From: Antechinus flavipes
Lineage: Eukaryota
Assembly: GCF_016432865.1 (NCBI RefSeq)
Contig: NC_067400.1
Coordinates: 166,160,001-166,224,000 of the forward strand
Direction of reading: 5' to 3'
DNA length: 64,000 nucleotides
In this document: piece after piece, positions 22,700-36,365 of the stretch
Layout of the letters: each line of letters begins with the position of its first letter
Numbering within the stretch: position 1 is the stretch's first letter
The notes under the pieces: generated by a model
Seen by the model: only the letters and a program-made list of their open reading frames with translations
The model's database searches: none
Told to the model about the DNA's origin: nothing
Position numbers and translations under genes: made by a program

Positions 22700-23310
22700 T
22701 TGAAAAATGTTTCATTCTGACCTCTTGTTGGCTCTGCTGTTTTAGAATTTGACCTGAGACCTTTTCATCTTTTCCCTCTGCTTTTTATTTCCTTTACTCA
22801 AAATACATGGATGGCTCTCTGTTATATACAGTATCTATTAGGCATGCACAACACTTTACTTTTTCTCTCAAAACCTTCCTATCCTTTCCCCACCCAAGTC
22901 TCCTGCACATAATTTACTTTCTAGCTAAACTGAACTATTTTCTGTTTCCTGTTCTTATCCTGTTTTTTGTTTACTCTATTCCTTCACATTGGAAATGGAC
23001 TTGCCTTTCATCTCCAAAACCTAAGTCCCTCCCATATTTCAAGACACAAGCCAGATGTCACTTCTGAATGCATTCTGATTCTACCTACTCCCTCCCTTCA
23101 GCTGAAAGCTATCTCACCTTCCTCAAATTTGTTATAGCATTTTGCCATGTCTTCACTATTGACCTTGGAACAATAGTCATTTACTGTATGCATCTCTTTC
23201 CTTCCATTAAATTATAGACTCCCTGAAAGCAGATTCTTTATAACATTCAACATTTATCATACTGCCTTGCACATAGCAGGTGCCTAATGGGTGCTGATTA
23301 AATTGAATCC
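22700..23310 (+). mobile_element. L2 3' relic
   Basis: ...taaactgaactattttctgtttcctg...tgccttgcacatagcaggtgcctaat..., the typical L2 3' terminus. Confidence 0.6.
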
Positions 23311-23804
23311 AGTTTCTATCTTCCATTCCCTTCTTCATTTCAGTTATATATTTTTTCCAATATTATTTTTGGGTCATCACTCCATCTCTGTCTCATTCTA
23401 TTTCTACTTGAAATGAGAACTTACATTAAGAATGAATAAAAAATAATTTATGAGACATTATATGACAATCTATGTTGTAAGGGCCAAATACTTTCAAGGA
23501 GTTCACATTGTGATTGGGAGAGAAAACACAGCTGGTTTCCACTTCAAGTCAGATAGAAGGACCTATGATATCTTTACAATTCAACAACAAAGCACAATGT
23601 AATGTTTCTTCTTTAATGTTTTATTCACTGATAAAAATACATACAGATATATGTGTGTGTATGTGTGTGTGTGTGTGTGTATCCTTTTCTGAAAAAAATT
23701 TTCTGAAAAAAATTATTGTGGTGAGAACTTTTTTCACCAGATCTTTAATATCTATGAGTGCCTGACTCAATAGGAACTGAAATACCTGAACAATTAGTTT
23801 CCAT

Positions 23805-24537
23805 ACTATTCCCAAAGAGCTATCAAATTGTGTGTATCCTTTGATCCAGCAGTATTACTACTGGGTCTGTATCCCAAAGAGATCATAAAAGAGAGAAAAG
23901 AACCCACATGTACAAAAATGTTTGTAGCAATTCTTTTTGTGATGGCAAGGAACTGGAAATTGAGTATATGCCCATTAATTGGGGAATGGCTGAATAAGTT
24001 ATATTTATATATTATTGCTCTGTAAGAAATGATGAGTAGGCTGATTTCAGAAAAGCCTGGAAAGATTTACATACTTGATGCTGAGTGAAGTGAGCAGAAC
24101 CAGGAGAATATTGCACGTAGTAACAGCAAGATTACGTGATGATCAGCTATGATAGTATTAGCTCTTTTTAGCAATGCAGTGATCCAAGACAATTCCAGAC
24201 TTAAGATGGAAAACACCGACCACATTCAGAGAGAGAACAATGGAGACTGAATGAGGATTGAAGCATAAAATTTTCACCTTTTGTTCTGATGTTTACTTTT
24301 TCTTTCTCATGCTTTTTCCCTGTTGTTCTGATTTTTCTTTCAGAACATGACTAATGTGGAAATATGCTTAAAATGATTGTATATGTATATCCTGTATCAG
24401 ATTTTTTGCTCTCTTAGGGATGAGAGAGGTAAGAAAGGGAAGGAGGGAGAAAATGTTTGGAACTCAAAATCTTACAAAATTGAATATTGAAAGCTATCTT
24501 TACATGTATTGGAAAAATAAAATATAATTGAGGAAAA
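23805..24537 (+). mobile_element. 5'-truncated L1 with TSD
   Basis: ORF2 C-terminal peptide CVSFDPAVLLLGLYPKEII...KMFVAILFVMARNWK, then 3'UTR. aattagtttccat at 23792-23804 and 24538-24550. Confidence 0.85.
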
Positions 24538-24554
24538 AATTAGTTTCCATGCTG

Positions 24555-24925
24555 TGACAACCAGGTTGAAGGTAATCAAAGGGTCTTAGACCCATTGGTA
24601 AATTAGGGGGTTATGTATCCCAGAAATGTGAATACTCCCAGTAGAAAGGAAAGATGAGAACAATTTATTCCAGTGGCCATGAATGTGTCTGAAGGAGGTG
24701 CTGTGGAGCACTAAGAGCTTAGTCAGACACCAAAGACATTTCTGCATCCTGGACTATTGCCAGCCATATTGACTTGTATTCTGAAACCAGACTTTGATTA
24801 CTCTGGAAAAAGAGTGAGTTGATGACTTTGTTCAACTCTGCTTCATTTAAATCCAATTTATGCATGATGTCTTGACTCGTGTTATGTCACTGGTTGTCTT
24901 TGAAAATGAAGGACAAACAATAACT
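24555..24925 (+). mobile_element. RTE-derived marsupial SINE (WALLSI/Mar-type 3' end)
   Basis: gagtgagttgatgactttgttcaactctgcttcatttaaatccaatt...gaaaatgaaggacaaacaa; a related fragment lies at about 61340-61430. Confidence 0.55.
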
Positions 24926-26084
24926 CAAGACCAAGCACTCAATTCAAAGAGAAGTGAAAATAAAAGAAATATATCTTAGCCTGGGTTTCATAGGCTCATC
25001 ACTAAGGAGTCCATAATGTACCTCACATATAGTAAACATTGAATAACCATTTCATGATTGAATGAAGGAGAAACTCAACAAATAAAGCCAAGAGATAATA
25101 TAATTCCATAGATAGTGCAGTGGATAGAACATTCAACTTCTAAATTGGAAGACATGACTTCAAATTTGGCCTCAGACATTAATTCTATGACTCTGACCAA
25201 ATCAATTAACCCCTCTCCACTAGTTGCCTCCTTTGTAAAATGAGAATAATAAAGAGCATCAATATAACAAAATTACTGCGAAGATCAAATGAAATAATAT
25301 GTAAAGCACTGTAAATCTTAAATTACTCTATAAATAAAATCTCATTGTTATTATTTTTATTAGCAAGGAAAGGATTGGAACTGTATTTTCAAAGGGAACT
25401 ACCAGATGAGGGAATTTTACCAATGCATTTTCTCTATAACTTATAGTGTTAGAGAGTTGTTTAGAAGTCAACTTAGAAGTTCCTTGTGTTTCCCAGGCTG
25501 TCACAACCAGTATATGTCAGAAGTGGGACCTGAAACTTATTTTCTAGGCTAACTCTTTATTCACTATATAATGATGCCTTTCATTGTTATTCATACCAAT
25601 AAAAGACTCGACCACATGATACATTGGACAAAGCACTAAATTTGGAGTAAAGAAGATCTGGGTTCAAATACTGGATCTACTTCTGGATCAATCACACAAC
25701 TTCAATTGGCCCTAATAAATATCAAGATTTTTCTCAGTTGATCCAGCTGATATAGGTTCTTTCCATATAATTGGCTACAATTATCTAAATATTAGAACTG
25801 AAATCAATGTCAGTATCAAACGACTGAATACATACATACATACACACACACATACACACACACATACACATCTAGATCTATCTACACCTATTTATAATCT
25901 CTATACTTTAAGAATTTATCAGAATTGTTCAAGTACCTAGTGCAAATGTTTTAGTTTCAGGGAGATTCTTGAATCTCACATCAAGTTAGGCAATTACAAT
26001 TTATTTCATGAGGATAAAATAACTAAAGCTTCTTAAAAATCACTGTCTGTTATTACAAATTCCCTACAACAACAGCTGTAGAAT

Positions 26085-26390
26085 TATTGTTGTTCAGTAG
26101 TTCAATAGTTTTGACTCTTCATGATCTTTGGCCCATACTGTCCATAAGATTTTCTTGGCAAAGACACTACACTATCTTTCCCCAGTAAATTAAGGCAAAG
26201 AGAGGTTAAATGGATTAAATTCTTGAGAGGTTAAAAGGTTAAATTCATGATTGAATGAAGGAGAAACTCAAAAAATAAAGCCAAGAGATAATATAACTCC
26301 ATAGATAGTATCTGAGATCAGATGTTAATACAGGTTTCCTGAGTTCAGGCCCAGCGATATACCTATTGAGCTATTTAGCTGGCTTCTGTT
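26085..26390 (-). mobile_element. Mar1-type SINE with a foreign internal segment
   Basis: gttgttcagtagttc...gattttcttggcaaag...cccagtaaattaaggcaaagagaggttaa...aggcccagcg...tttagctggc. Confidence 0.7.
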
Positions 26391-29300
26391 GCTGAATTAT
26401 AACTATACTAAATTTAAATTATAATATTTTGTAGTTTCAAAGTAGATATACACAAGGAAAACCAATGGAGAACTGTGCAGGAGAAGTAGCATCAAAGATA
26501 TTATCAGAGATATATAATCAGAAAAGAAAATGGGTCAATCCCACTGTGAATGTAAAAGACAATTAATAGAATAACTTTAGGCACCACGGCTTTCTAGTAA
26601 TAGTAAAAGATCCATAGAAAGATCCTTAGCATGTTGGGCAGACTATTTGTAGAGGATTGATTCAGGGACATAGATGAGAAACATATTGATTAAAATGGTG
26701 TGGACGAGTTACCATTTTTACGCTTTTGCCTGAGAGCAATTGAAATATTAATAGTTATTCTAATGTAGAAACTCCTGGGGTATTTCCCCAACTTACATTT
26801 AAATTGCTGGGGCCTTCAAAATTCTGACACTCTCAAGTTCTAGGATTAGCTCAATTGGTCCTCTTTCCCACTACCATTTGTTCATGAGCCCAGTGTGACA
26901 GTGTACTCCCCATTAACAATCAACCAGGAGGCACTATTAGCTCTTAGCAAATCACTGACTTAAATGACATAGCAAGAATAGTAATTATAAAACATTATCC
27001 CATAAACTTGGGGCACATTGTCCTGCAAATACATATATATATAGCACACATGAAAAAATTTAACAAAAACTTAAAGTAATGATATTTGTACACATGTGTA
27101 GAATATATATGTCAAAATCAATTTATGTCTACCAGCATGGCAGAGCTTTATAAATGTTTTTTCTCATCATAGAACCTTACATAGCTTCCATTTGTACAGC
27201 ATCTCAACTGGGTGAGTTGCTCAGCAACTATACTTCTCTCCATAGTTCAAATTGATTTATGAGGGCTGGTTCTTTAAAACTGTTTCTTTTAAATAATTAT
27301 CTCTCTGTATCTACTTCTGTCTGGAATATCTCTTCTTCCTTCCCGATGTAGAATCTTCTACTGACCTGAGGAGGGAAAAAATTTCCTTCCTGCTTGTTCC
27401 TCTGATACAGATACAAGATGACTCCTTCATAACTGCAATTCACTCTAAAACTCTGAAACATGACTAGGATCCATCCATTTAAAATCCATGGAAACATGGC
27501 TAACTTTCATGTTTAACCATGTTTTTCTCCTAATGATCCAATTAGAGAAGTATTCAAATCTTATGAAGGGATTAGAACACATATAAAGTTTTATGCATTA
27601 AAAATGAATCATCTGTAACTATATTCTGTGACTAAAACTAATTTGGAGGGGAAGAGAAGTCATCCTACAACTTTGGCAGAGACAAAGTAAGCAAGGGTGT
27701 GGTAGAACATATAATGGTAGATTAGGGTCAGATGGTAGACTTTATTTCATAGTCAATGACAAGTAACCAAAGGCTAATAAGCCAAAAAAATTAAAAAAAA
27801 AACAAAAATGTGTTTGGTGCAATAAAAAATACTAGTGTAATAGAGACTAAAGCTGTTGAAGTGTAATAGAGCTGATGTGCTAACAGATTTTGGCTTTGTA
27901 CCTTGTTTTGAATTATAAGTAGCCCAGTTTCCATTCATTAACATATACAATTCAATTGACTACACAAAAAATTTAATAACATTTAGATGTCTGTCAGAGT
28001 TCCAGGACCTAGGGGGTGGCAATGAGATGTTTTAAGATTGGATAAATAAATAATCAACCACAAACACACTAAATTAATTCTTTACTTTGTCACAACTGTT
28101 GGCATGTTGTTTAGTTATAGTCATGGTTGGTTGTCGTGTAGCTCTGTTATGCTCTTCCTGCCTGCTTTTTTTTTTTTTTAAATATAAAATAGAAGAAACA
28201 GACAATGCTGCCTAGCAATGAAGGCTTAGGTTTTATATGTGATGACAAAACCCTCAGAGACCACAAAATGTTTACGCAAAGTTGTATAAAGTTAAGTGAG
28301 AAAAGACTTTACAGATCACCTAGTTTTATAGGATCATTGAATTGATCTGGAGGTGACCTTTATATTTATATTATCCAATCCTGTCATTTAAGGGTTGAAA
28401 AAGCTGAGGCCAAGGGAGGTGAAGACTTTTTCATGGTCACCATGGTAGTAAGGTAGTAAATATGAGAAAACTAAGGTTAAAGTGGGCAAGTGACTTGTCC
28501 TTGGTCATAGAACTGCCAAAGTCAGGACTTCTTTTCCAATCTTCTGGAGCCAAGTTCTTTTTATGAATGACACTGTTTCTCTTGAGAGACTTTGTTACTA
28601 GAGAAGGAAAAAAAAATTACAAGTGTGGACATGTTTTTGACCATGACTGGTATTACTAGTATCAGTATCTGCTTTCTAATTTGCTTTTTGATGCCTTTTT
28701 TTTTGGTTTGATTTTTTTAACCTACTTGCATCTATGACATTTTCACACTGGTTATATTTTTGTTATATTTTTCACATGAATATCTTTGAAAACCCTTCAG
28801 ATATAGCTTTAGCACCCTTCGAATGTCACATCTTGAGAATGTATTTCAAAGCTATCTGATAAGAGCAAGAAATAATGAACAGATGAATAGCCTATTCACT
28901 ATACTGGCATCCATGTAATGGTTGGCATTTAATGGCTCTAGACCTAGGCATCCCCCCTACTTCAATACACACATATTGAATAGAGACCTTTTGAAAGATT
29001 TTTGGAAGGGAATAGGATAAAAGGCCACAGGTCGATGGATTTAGAGTTGGAATGGGCCTTGGAGACCATCTTAATCCAATTTTCCTCTTTTTATAGATGA
29101 TGAAATATGACCAGGAAGATAAAATAATTTAATCAAATGAATTTAGAGATAATTTTATCTAACACTTTGATTTTACAGATAAAAAAATGGAGACCCAATG
29201 AAGTTAAGCCATTTTTCTCAGGTCAAACAGATAATGGGATAGTTATGTTGGTGCTAGCCATTGATACTCATCTTCTGATTCTAAATCTAATATTCAAATA

Positions 29301-31473
29301 AAAACAAATAAAACTAGCATGGCTTCTCTTCACCCTGATTTTTATTCCCTTCTCAAATTGATTGTTATAGAACAGAGGAGGCAGATTCTCCACCTCACTA
29401 TATAACCAGATTGAAATCTAATTAGGAAATATTTAATAACATAAATTAAAATACAATACAACATAATGTTTATTTATCATTTTCCAAATCAATATTTGGC
29501 CTACAGGTATCTGTTTCTAGTTGAGTTTGACACTAGTGAAGTAGAGGATGAAAAAGAGTGGATGGGTTTCAGTCTATACATTGGAGATCACAAATTTGTG
29601 AGATCATAAATCATAAAATATTTGTAAAGTTCTCCTTGAACATGAAGTCTTTAATTCCTGTTCTCATTACTCCTCTGAAAGTCAGTAGTATTTAATATTG
29701 AGAGGGAAGGTGTTTTTGTAGAAAGGACTCTAAACTTTGCACCAGGAAAGATCTGGATTCAAGATGAGATCCCAGACTTTACTAGACGTATCTAAGGACA
29801 AATCTGAGACTTTTTTTATTCAGCCATAAAAATAAGGTCTGTAATACATATAAATAGCAGTAACAACAAAATGTGGTATTTATATAGCACTTACTATGTG
29901 CCATACACTGTTCTAAGTGCTTTATAAATATTCTATGATTTGATCCTCAGAATTATTCTGGGAGCTGCTATTATTATTCCCATTTTACAACTGAGGAAAC
30001 TGAGGCAATCAGCAGAGTGAATAATATCCATCAAGAATCTAGTGCCAGTTTTGAATTCATGTCTTCATGACTACATATGCAATACTTTAGCCATTGCACC
30101 TAGCTTCCTCAGGAGGGATATAAAATATTTCCCTTACAGGATTGTTATAATGGTCAAATGAGATTAAGCATACAAAGAAGTAAAAAGAACTTTGAGTTAG
30201 AATTCTTGGATTTAAATTTTGACTCTGCTACTTAATAACTATATGGACTGGGGCAAGTATCTTACATTCTCTAGGTATCAGTTTCCTCATCTGTGGAGTG
30301 GAAGTTTCAATTAAATTAATCTCCAAGGATTCTTATTGCTCTAAATCCATGATCCTCTGGTTTGAAAATAAATCAACTGTACCAATATGTCATTCTTTAA
30401 TTATTACTACCTTGTGAGTCTTCTTCACCCATTGGGATCATAAATTTCTCAAGTAGAGGGACTAATAAATGAATATATATTTTATATTTCCCACAAAACC
30501 TAGCCTTAGTTCTGGATATTCACAAGACACCCAGAAGCCATGATAACCATATCTCTTTAGTTCAAATAACTAAAATTGTATGAATTTAGCTTCAGTGAGC
30601 AAATAAATATTTGCTTCTAAGAAATGGGGTAATAAAATTAGACATTTTGGTTATTTTTGTAGTAGATGTGTGATTGCTCAGTTCCTATGTTATTTTCCAT
30701 GTCTCTTATATGGCTTAAAGACAAGTGGAGATTTGGGGGGGAAAAAAAACCTACATCATTTGATTAATATAAGTGGCCCAACTAGACAATTCAAAGTGCC
30801 AGATCTTTAGCCATTGTCAGCAAATTTCACTTGTTCTTAGGGGAGAAATCAAGATAACTTTCCATAATATCTGGCATAGTTATGGGAGGAATCAAAATTA
30901 CACCTATCCTTATGTATGTTGACTTATTTAGATATTTGCTTAAGTCAATATTTGATCAGAATGAAGGCCTAGAGAGTTGGCCTGGGAGGTCAGGAACATT
31001 GATTTTAAGAATTGCCTCTGAGATATACTTACTGTGTGAACCTGGGCAAGCCATTTATTGCTTTATTCCTTTTAGTAGTTCTCTAAAACTATAGGAATGG
31101 GTTAGGTTAAAATCTATACTTCTAGGTTCTGACCTACTCTTATTAGAGTAAGAAGAAGAAGCTCCTTCTGTTCTGAAAATATAGATCTTGTTCTGCTTAG
31201 TAGGGAATCTTACTGAAAACTATGCAAACAGTACAATTTCCTTCTGATGAGATAAATATTATACAAAGATGATTGCTAATTTGGGAAAGATTTTTACTAA
31301 ACACTAGCCAAAATTGGATATGTCTCTCTAACATAAACATGCAGGTTAACAACAAAGCAAGGAGAAACCTGAATAGAACATATATTAAAGAACTTCTTGA
31401 CTATAAGACAATGTAAAAAGTCTTTCAGATTGGTATTCCTAATCCTCATTCTCCCTTCCTCCAAATAAACAAT

Positions 31474-31505
<32 letters not shown>

Positions 31506-32599
31506 AAACCCCAAGAATTTACATGTACTTATAATTACAATTTAAATTCTTTGACAGAATTGGGATATTGAGCATTTTGGTATCTTAGTTCATATTCTGA
31601 CTAAGAGTTAACTCTTTAGCCTTATTATAGTTTCTTTTATTAAATCCAAACTTCTAACTTGATTTTAAAAAAAAATCTTTAGTTCTTTATTTGATAGTAA
31701 AGGCAACAAGAAATAGTTTAATGAAGAAATCTGTTTGCTGTGACCTGATCAAAACTTTCCCTATACTGAATATGCTATTCCCTCCCCAAACTGTAGTGCT
31801 GTTTGCTTTCATTTCCAGGATCTGGTATTTTTCTTTCCTCCTTTCCTCCACAACCCAGTCTGAAATTCGTTTTACTTCTGATTGGTCTCTGAAATTTCTT
31901 AAGTTGATAGGTGTAGACGTATAATCTCAATTCTGGAAAAACAATGATGGGAGCATGTACCTACCTCCTAACAGAGGTATGACAGACTCAGGGTGTAGAA
32001 TGAAAATATATGTATGTATATGTCTGGATATATGTATAAAGAGATGTGTATGTTTTTTACACACATATGTGAGTATAAAATATTTATACTTTAGATAGAT
32101 ATATAGAGGGAATTTTTTTTGCTTGATTGCACTTTTGTTAAACGAGTTTTGTTTTTCCTTTTATTTGAGAGAGGGGGGAAGGGAAAAAAAAGGAAATAGA
32201 TTTGTAATAGAAAAGAAAACATAAGCTTTGTATCTCTCTCCTAATGCTTTAATGTGCTGCTCTGTATGCAATAGGCTTTTTGCAGACCCTGACTCAGAAT
32301 TCCAAGTTGTAAGTTTATGCAGATTGGGCTCAAATTTGAAGTTCTCTCAGAAATCACTATCTTTAGTTTGTTTTGTACTCTCTGGGAACCTTAGATTTGA
32401 CCCTATTTGCTCCCACTCCCCAGTCAGGTTTATCAGAGAATTTCAGAATATAGATCTTTCCTACTCTCCACAATGTAGTAAGAACATTGATTCCTATGAA
32501 GGCTAGCTATTTTCCTTTGTGCTTAAAGAAGACCAAAATGATGTCATTATATTGGGGTTAAGGTATAGTGTTGTCTGACTTGGCTGATCAAACCGATAT

Positions 32600-35500
32600 G
32601 AGCTCAGAAAGCTCTACTACAAGTTGGGCACAAATAGTCCATATAAACATTTGGAATGGTGATGTCTCTAAATCTGTGCCTCTCATGTTTCTTTTGAGTT
32701 ATTGCAATTTTGCTTTACTTATAGAATACGGTACCTTCTTTGATATGGGTACATCATGCTATGTTTCATGATTTGATTCCAAAGTTATTCAAGTGAACTT
32801 GAAAACATTTTTATATCACTTCCTCACTTGCCCTAGATGAGCTCTCTTTAAAAAGTCTTTTAGGCAAATGTACATTTGGCACTCAAACTATGTGGCCAGT
32901 CCATCCCAGTTGTGCTCTCTGCAGTGGAATTTGAATGCTTAGCAATTTAGTTCAAGTTTGAGAAAGTCCAAGAAAGACTCTCAAACTCTGGTACCTTATT
33001 CTGTCAGATGATCTTCAGAGTCTTTTAAAGACAATTCAAATGGAAATAATTCAGTTTCCTGGCATGACACTGGTATACTGTCTATGTTTCTTAGCCTACA
33101 ACAGTGAGGACAACATGATGGTTTTGTAGATATTAAGTTTGCTAGTCAGTCTCTGACACTTTCTTTTGGAGTCTCCCAAACACTGAACTAGCTCGGGCAA
33201 TTTGTGCATCAATCTCATCATCTATGTGTATATCCCTGGAAAGTATACTGCCAAGGAAAGTAACAACTATAGCATTCAAAATTTCTCCATTTACTGTAAC
33301 TAATAGGTCCACATATGAATGGTATAGTGTTGGCTGGTGCAAAAACCTCTGTTGTCTTGTTTCCCATGGCCAAAATTAGCACAAGTGACAGAGAATCAAT
33401 CCATACTCTGTTGCATCTCAGCTTCAGAAGCTGTATTGATCTGTGAACAAAAAGTCACATACCAACTTTCTCTGCATTTTAGTCTTAACTTGTTGCCTTT
33501 CATGTTAAATACTTATCATCATAGCTAACTTTGATGCCAATTTCATTCTTGTTGAAGGTGTCTGATACCATCACTGAAAACATCTTGCTAAAAAGCATGG
33601 AAACATACATCCTGATCTGCTGGAAAGTGTGAGAGCAGTGTCCATTAATAGAATCCTTTGTGAGTGTGCCATCATGAAACTGGTATAAGTATTGATGAAC
33701 TTCTCTGTGCAATAAAATTTTGCAATGAGCTTCCACAAGTCCTCATGGTTGACAGAATCAGGGTCTTGGTCAAATTGAAGAATCTTGGGATTTTTCCAGG
33801 AATAGTCAGGCTGCAAACAATATATTTTCCAGTACTTGACCCTTTCTTGAAGTTACATTGGCCCTCAGATAGATAACCCTCTTCCAGGTGAAGTAACAGC
33901 CTTTTAAGAAGCACTCTGGAAACCAGCAATGACTAAGAGACAGATCTGTTCTGATTGTCATATGACAACCTATTTCCTTTTTAGAAATGGACTGTGCAGT
34001 CATCCTTGAACTACTTAGGGATAATCTTCTCTCATCAGGTATGAGCATTGGAACCCCTGCTTTATAAATCTCAGCTGGAATAGAATCAGCACCAGGCATT
34101 TGGCCAAAAGAAAAGAGTCTAATGGTATTCAAAACCTTTTCTTAAGTTGGAAGTTTGGCTAGAGGGGGATTGACTTTAACTTGAAGTATATGGTCAATGG
34201 CTTTAGCTTTGGACAATTTTGGTCTGCTGAGAATACTATGGAAATATTTAATCCATCTCTCCAGGATCATGTCCTTATTATTAATCAATGTGGCTCCATC
34301 AATGCTGACTAACTGAAATGTGCCAAATGTCTTTGAGCTATAAATAGCCTTCAGGGCATCATAAAAATGCTTTAGATTGTTACTATCAGTGAAAAACTAA
34401 ATTTCACCTGCCTTTACTGAATCAATAATTTTGCATCTTTCTAAGCTTTGCTTACTTTTCTTTGCATGGAGTTAAATCCTACCTTCTTAGAAATGAAGGG
34501 ACTATCCTGCTGGTAAACATTGTAGAGTTCTTGTTTGTTTTGTTTAGTTTTGTTTAGCAGCTTCTGAATTTTCATTTTGGTCAAACCAATCTTGATATTT
34601 CCAAATGTTCTATCCCAATGTGCTAGTATACACCAAATTTCTGAAAGCTGTTCATTCCTTTTCTGTTCCACTGTTGTCAACCATGTGTTGTCTCAGTTTT
34701 CCCTCCAGGTTAGAAACAAACTTTACATGCACAGAGCCCTTTAATCTGTTAATATTGTCTTCTGACAGTTATCTGCCTTAGGGAAATTTTGTTGAATACA
34801 AATGTTTAGCTTGGAAATGATATGTCTATCATTGGTCCAGCACTGTACCACACACATCACGTTCATCACTCTGACATCCTACCTGTCTCTTCTTTCTTAC
34901 AGTGACCTAGTCCTCAGATGCCCCTGTTTGCTTTGAGGGTGCATCCATGAAGTTTTATTGTCTTTAGGTAAATGGAAGGCAGTGGTGATGAGATCGTAAG
35001 ACCACAAGTCTTCAGTAGTAAGTGATTGTTGCTATTGCTGTTTCCAATTCTATGCCTCTTTCCATGTTGATTGTCTCTGTCTACTCTGACATTGGTCACT
35101 CAGAATTACAAGCTTTTTTCTCTTTCAGCACATTGATAATGGGAATTTCCAGATCTTTATAAAATTTTCCTTTGATCTCATCAAGGTTCATTATGGTGGG
35201 AACATATACAAAATGATGATAGTGACATGACTAGCAATTGGCAAATGCATTATCATAAACCTGTCATTCGCTCTTTTTGGAAGGCATGCAAGTTTGTTGA
35301 GTAGATTAGTTTTGATTGTGAAACCTACACCAGCATGGCACTCTCCAACACTGTGGCCACACTAGAAAAAAAGTATATCCAGCTATAACTTTAGTAAGTT
35401 TGCCTTTATTTGTCAGCCTTTTTTTATTCAAGGCTGCTATTTGTATGTGATACTTATTGAGTTATCTTGCAACAAGAACTATATTTCTCTTTCAAGTCTA

Positions 35501-35990
35501 CTGGATTAATGTTATCCATAATATTAAATGTGCACATTTTATGTATTGATGGTGAGTGGAATCATTTTTGCAAAAGTTTTGTACATTTTTGAAAAATGTT
35601 TTGACTGAAGGGTGGGACTCATCATCTGCCATGTTAAATAGGCTAAGGTTGGGTGAGGCAGACAAATTTTAGGACACTTTTAAAACTCCTTCCTCATGCC
35701 AGGAGGTGAGAAGTGTAGTCCTTAGAAAAGGTTGTTCAGATAATCAGGGGGCTATAATCCCATAATGCTTCAGTCCAGTGAGAAGATAACCCTATGGCCT
35801 ATGCCATCTGTTTGCAAGGTTGTGATTACAGCTTCCAATGTATTTGCACCTGCTACTTCATCACTTACCTGTTGCCATAGGACTTTGAGGTAGGTAAAAA
35901 TAGTATGGATGATATCTCTTCACTCATGTATAAATTGGATTTACAAGAGGCAGAAATACCCAGTCATCAGCTTCATTCTTTCTTCTAGAA
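32600..35990 (-). mobile_element. Degenerate near-full-length RTE-clade LINE
   Basis: Minus-strand RT-like peptides in shifting frames: PGADSIPAEIYKAG, LSEGQCNFKKG, FNLTKTL..DSVNHEDLWKLIAKF, TFLGSILSRDIHIDDEIDAQIARASSVFGRLQKKV. APE-region remnants at 34900-35350. The 5'UTR boundary is approximate. Confidence 0.85.
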
Positions 35991-36365
35991 TTATCAGAGT
36001 ACAGTGGAAAAACAAAAGTGATAGTTCAGGATGCAAGCGATGATCCTGATGTCTTTAAGAGCTCTACAATGCCAGCTTCTACAACCTATACAACCCATTG
36101 TAGCAAATTATTCATATGTATATTTATTCTACGAGAGAAATCTTTATATGCTTGGAGTAGGTATCTTCCCCTACCTCATCCCCAACTCACCAATGATTCT
36201 GAGGCTCCTTGGTTATTCTCAACCTGGTTTAGGCAATCTGAAATAGTTACTGAGGTATAGCCACTACACATGTCACAGTTTCTAAGAGTCACAGGTGAGA
36301 GCTGGGTGTCAGGTAGACACAGAGAAATGCAATCAAATGTAATCAAAGTCCCAGAGAAACCCATC

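Noticed and set aside
27181-27366. Possible minus-strand exon after ttttttccctcctcag
   Set aside because: The two frames I translated close early, with no known peptide; unsupported.
32228-32506. ORF containing CSVCNRLFADP, resembling a TRIM RING start
   Set aside because: The remaining zinc ligands are absent and the DNA is not similar to the TRIM copies.
35855-35885. Strong minus-strand donor CAG|gtaagt with a half X-box
   Set aside because: Appears to lie within the RTE 5'UTR relic, so it is repeat-derived.
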